From Callorhinchus milii (lineage: Eukaryota), in contig NW_024704742.1 in the NCBI RefSeq assembly GCF_018977255.1, forward strand, positions 94,242,001 to 94,306,000: a DNA stretch of 64,000 nt, given 5' to 3'. The notes beneath the pieces were generated by a model. It did not search any database and had not been told where the DNA came from. It worked only from the letters and a program-made list of their open reading frames with translations. The translations under genes and the position numbers were made by a program. This document shows, in pieces, positions 63,090 through 64,000 of this stretch; the first letter of the stretch is position 1; each line of letters opens with the position of its first letter.

Positions 63090-63182
63090 GGTAAATACGT
63101 GGTCTGCTTCGATCCGTTGGATGGTTCTTCCAACATTGATTGCCTGGCATCCATAGGAACCATTTTTGCTATTTACAAGAAG
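63090..63182 (+). CDS. FBP2: FBP2 coding exon 3 (93 nt). The gene continues beyond the window.
   Basis: tctttctag|GGT AAA TAC...AAG AAG|gtaaaa. [31 protein letters not shown], where CLASIG is FBP2-type. Confidence 0.96.
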
Positions 63183-64000
63183 GTAAAACATTTCTTTTCT
63201 TATTAGAGATTCAATCAGTGTTCAGTGCTAAACCCCAAACTAGCACAAACTAAAGAAGCTTATTTTATTATCTCTCTTATACCCTTTGTCCAGTAAAACT
63301 GACAGGCAGCCAGCCAGCTCCAGGGCATGAACCACTGCTATTATGTAATTGCCTATCAGGAGTCACACCAGGAGTGGCCTGAACCAGGAACGTCTAGGAG
63401 GAATAGTCTGGTTAGATTGAGTGGTCTCTTCCCATGCCTGTTTTTCTGAGTTTATTCCTGCTTGGAAATCAAATATAGAGTCAATTCATTTTACAGTATA
63501 TTCTGTGAAGCGCTTGGAGACATCTCAAAGACATAAGGCATTATTATCAAATGCAAGGATTATTATAAGGATTATTGCCACCATCTACTTGTTCATTGAA
63601 ACATGTTAATTGCTCTTGCAATTTCTGCTACGTAACATGATAAGATCTTCATAGTTTTTGGTCGAGCAACAACCCAAATCTTCCTGACCTGACAATAATG
63701 TTTCCCATCCAAAAACTCTGTCTCTTTGCTCTGCTCTACAATGTTGGAGCATGGTTCCAGAGGTAGCAGAGATTCCCTAGTCGATCATCTTCATTTCACA
63801 CGAGCCTGAACACTGGCAATTCAACGATAGCTTCCCCAGCGTTTACACATAATAATAAATAGCAATCCTTGCATTTGATATAGCACTTTTCATGTCTTCT
63901 AGACATCTTAAAGTGCTTCACAGAATGGTGAAACACGGCAGCCAATTGCGCACAGCATTGTCCCATAAACAGTCACGGATTGAATGACCAATTTATTATT

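Overview
Vertebrate nuclear DNA, not prokaryotic. It is probably from a cartilaginous fish, inferred from young L2/CR1 LINEs and shark-type SacSINE1-like SINEs. The window holds the conserved AOPEP <- -> FBP1 -> FBP2 block. On the minus strand are two coding exons of aminopeptidase O (16441-15645 and 8297-8134). On the plus strand are a complete 7-exon fructose-1,6-bisphosphatase FBP1 (35460-51863, 1017 nt CDS, 338 aa) and exons 1-3 of its tandem paralogue FBP2 (54489-63182, continuing off the right edge). The rest is intron and intergenic DNA rich in L2 and CR1 LINEs, including one near-intact L2 at about 46.7-50.15 kb. It also has two SINE families sharing an L2-type tail and a 4.4-kb G/C-rich minisatellite complex with a 25-N gap. 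I found no novel multi-gene system. The best lead is a cluster of substitutions in the FBP1 AMP allosteric pocket (G21T, T31N, V17M, A24H, K112R, R140Q) alongside an intact catalytic site. Secondary leads are a modular SINE (tRNA-Ala head, CORE-like centre, L2 tail) next to its likely L2 partner, paralogue-specific liver-type and muscle-type promoter motifs, and a strand flip inside the minisatellite. Repeat boundaries were placed by eye, only a representative subset of SINE copies is listed, and reference-protein comparisons are from memory.
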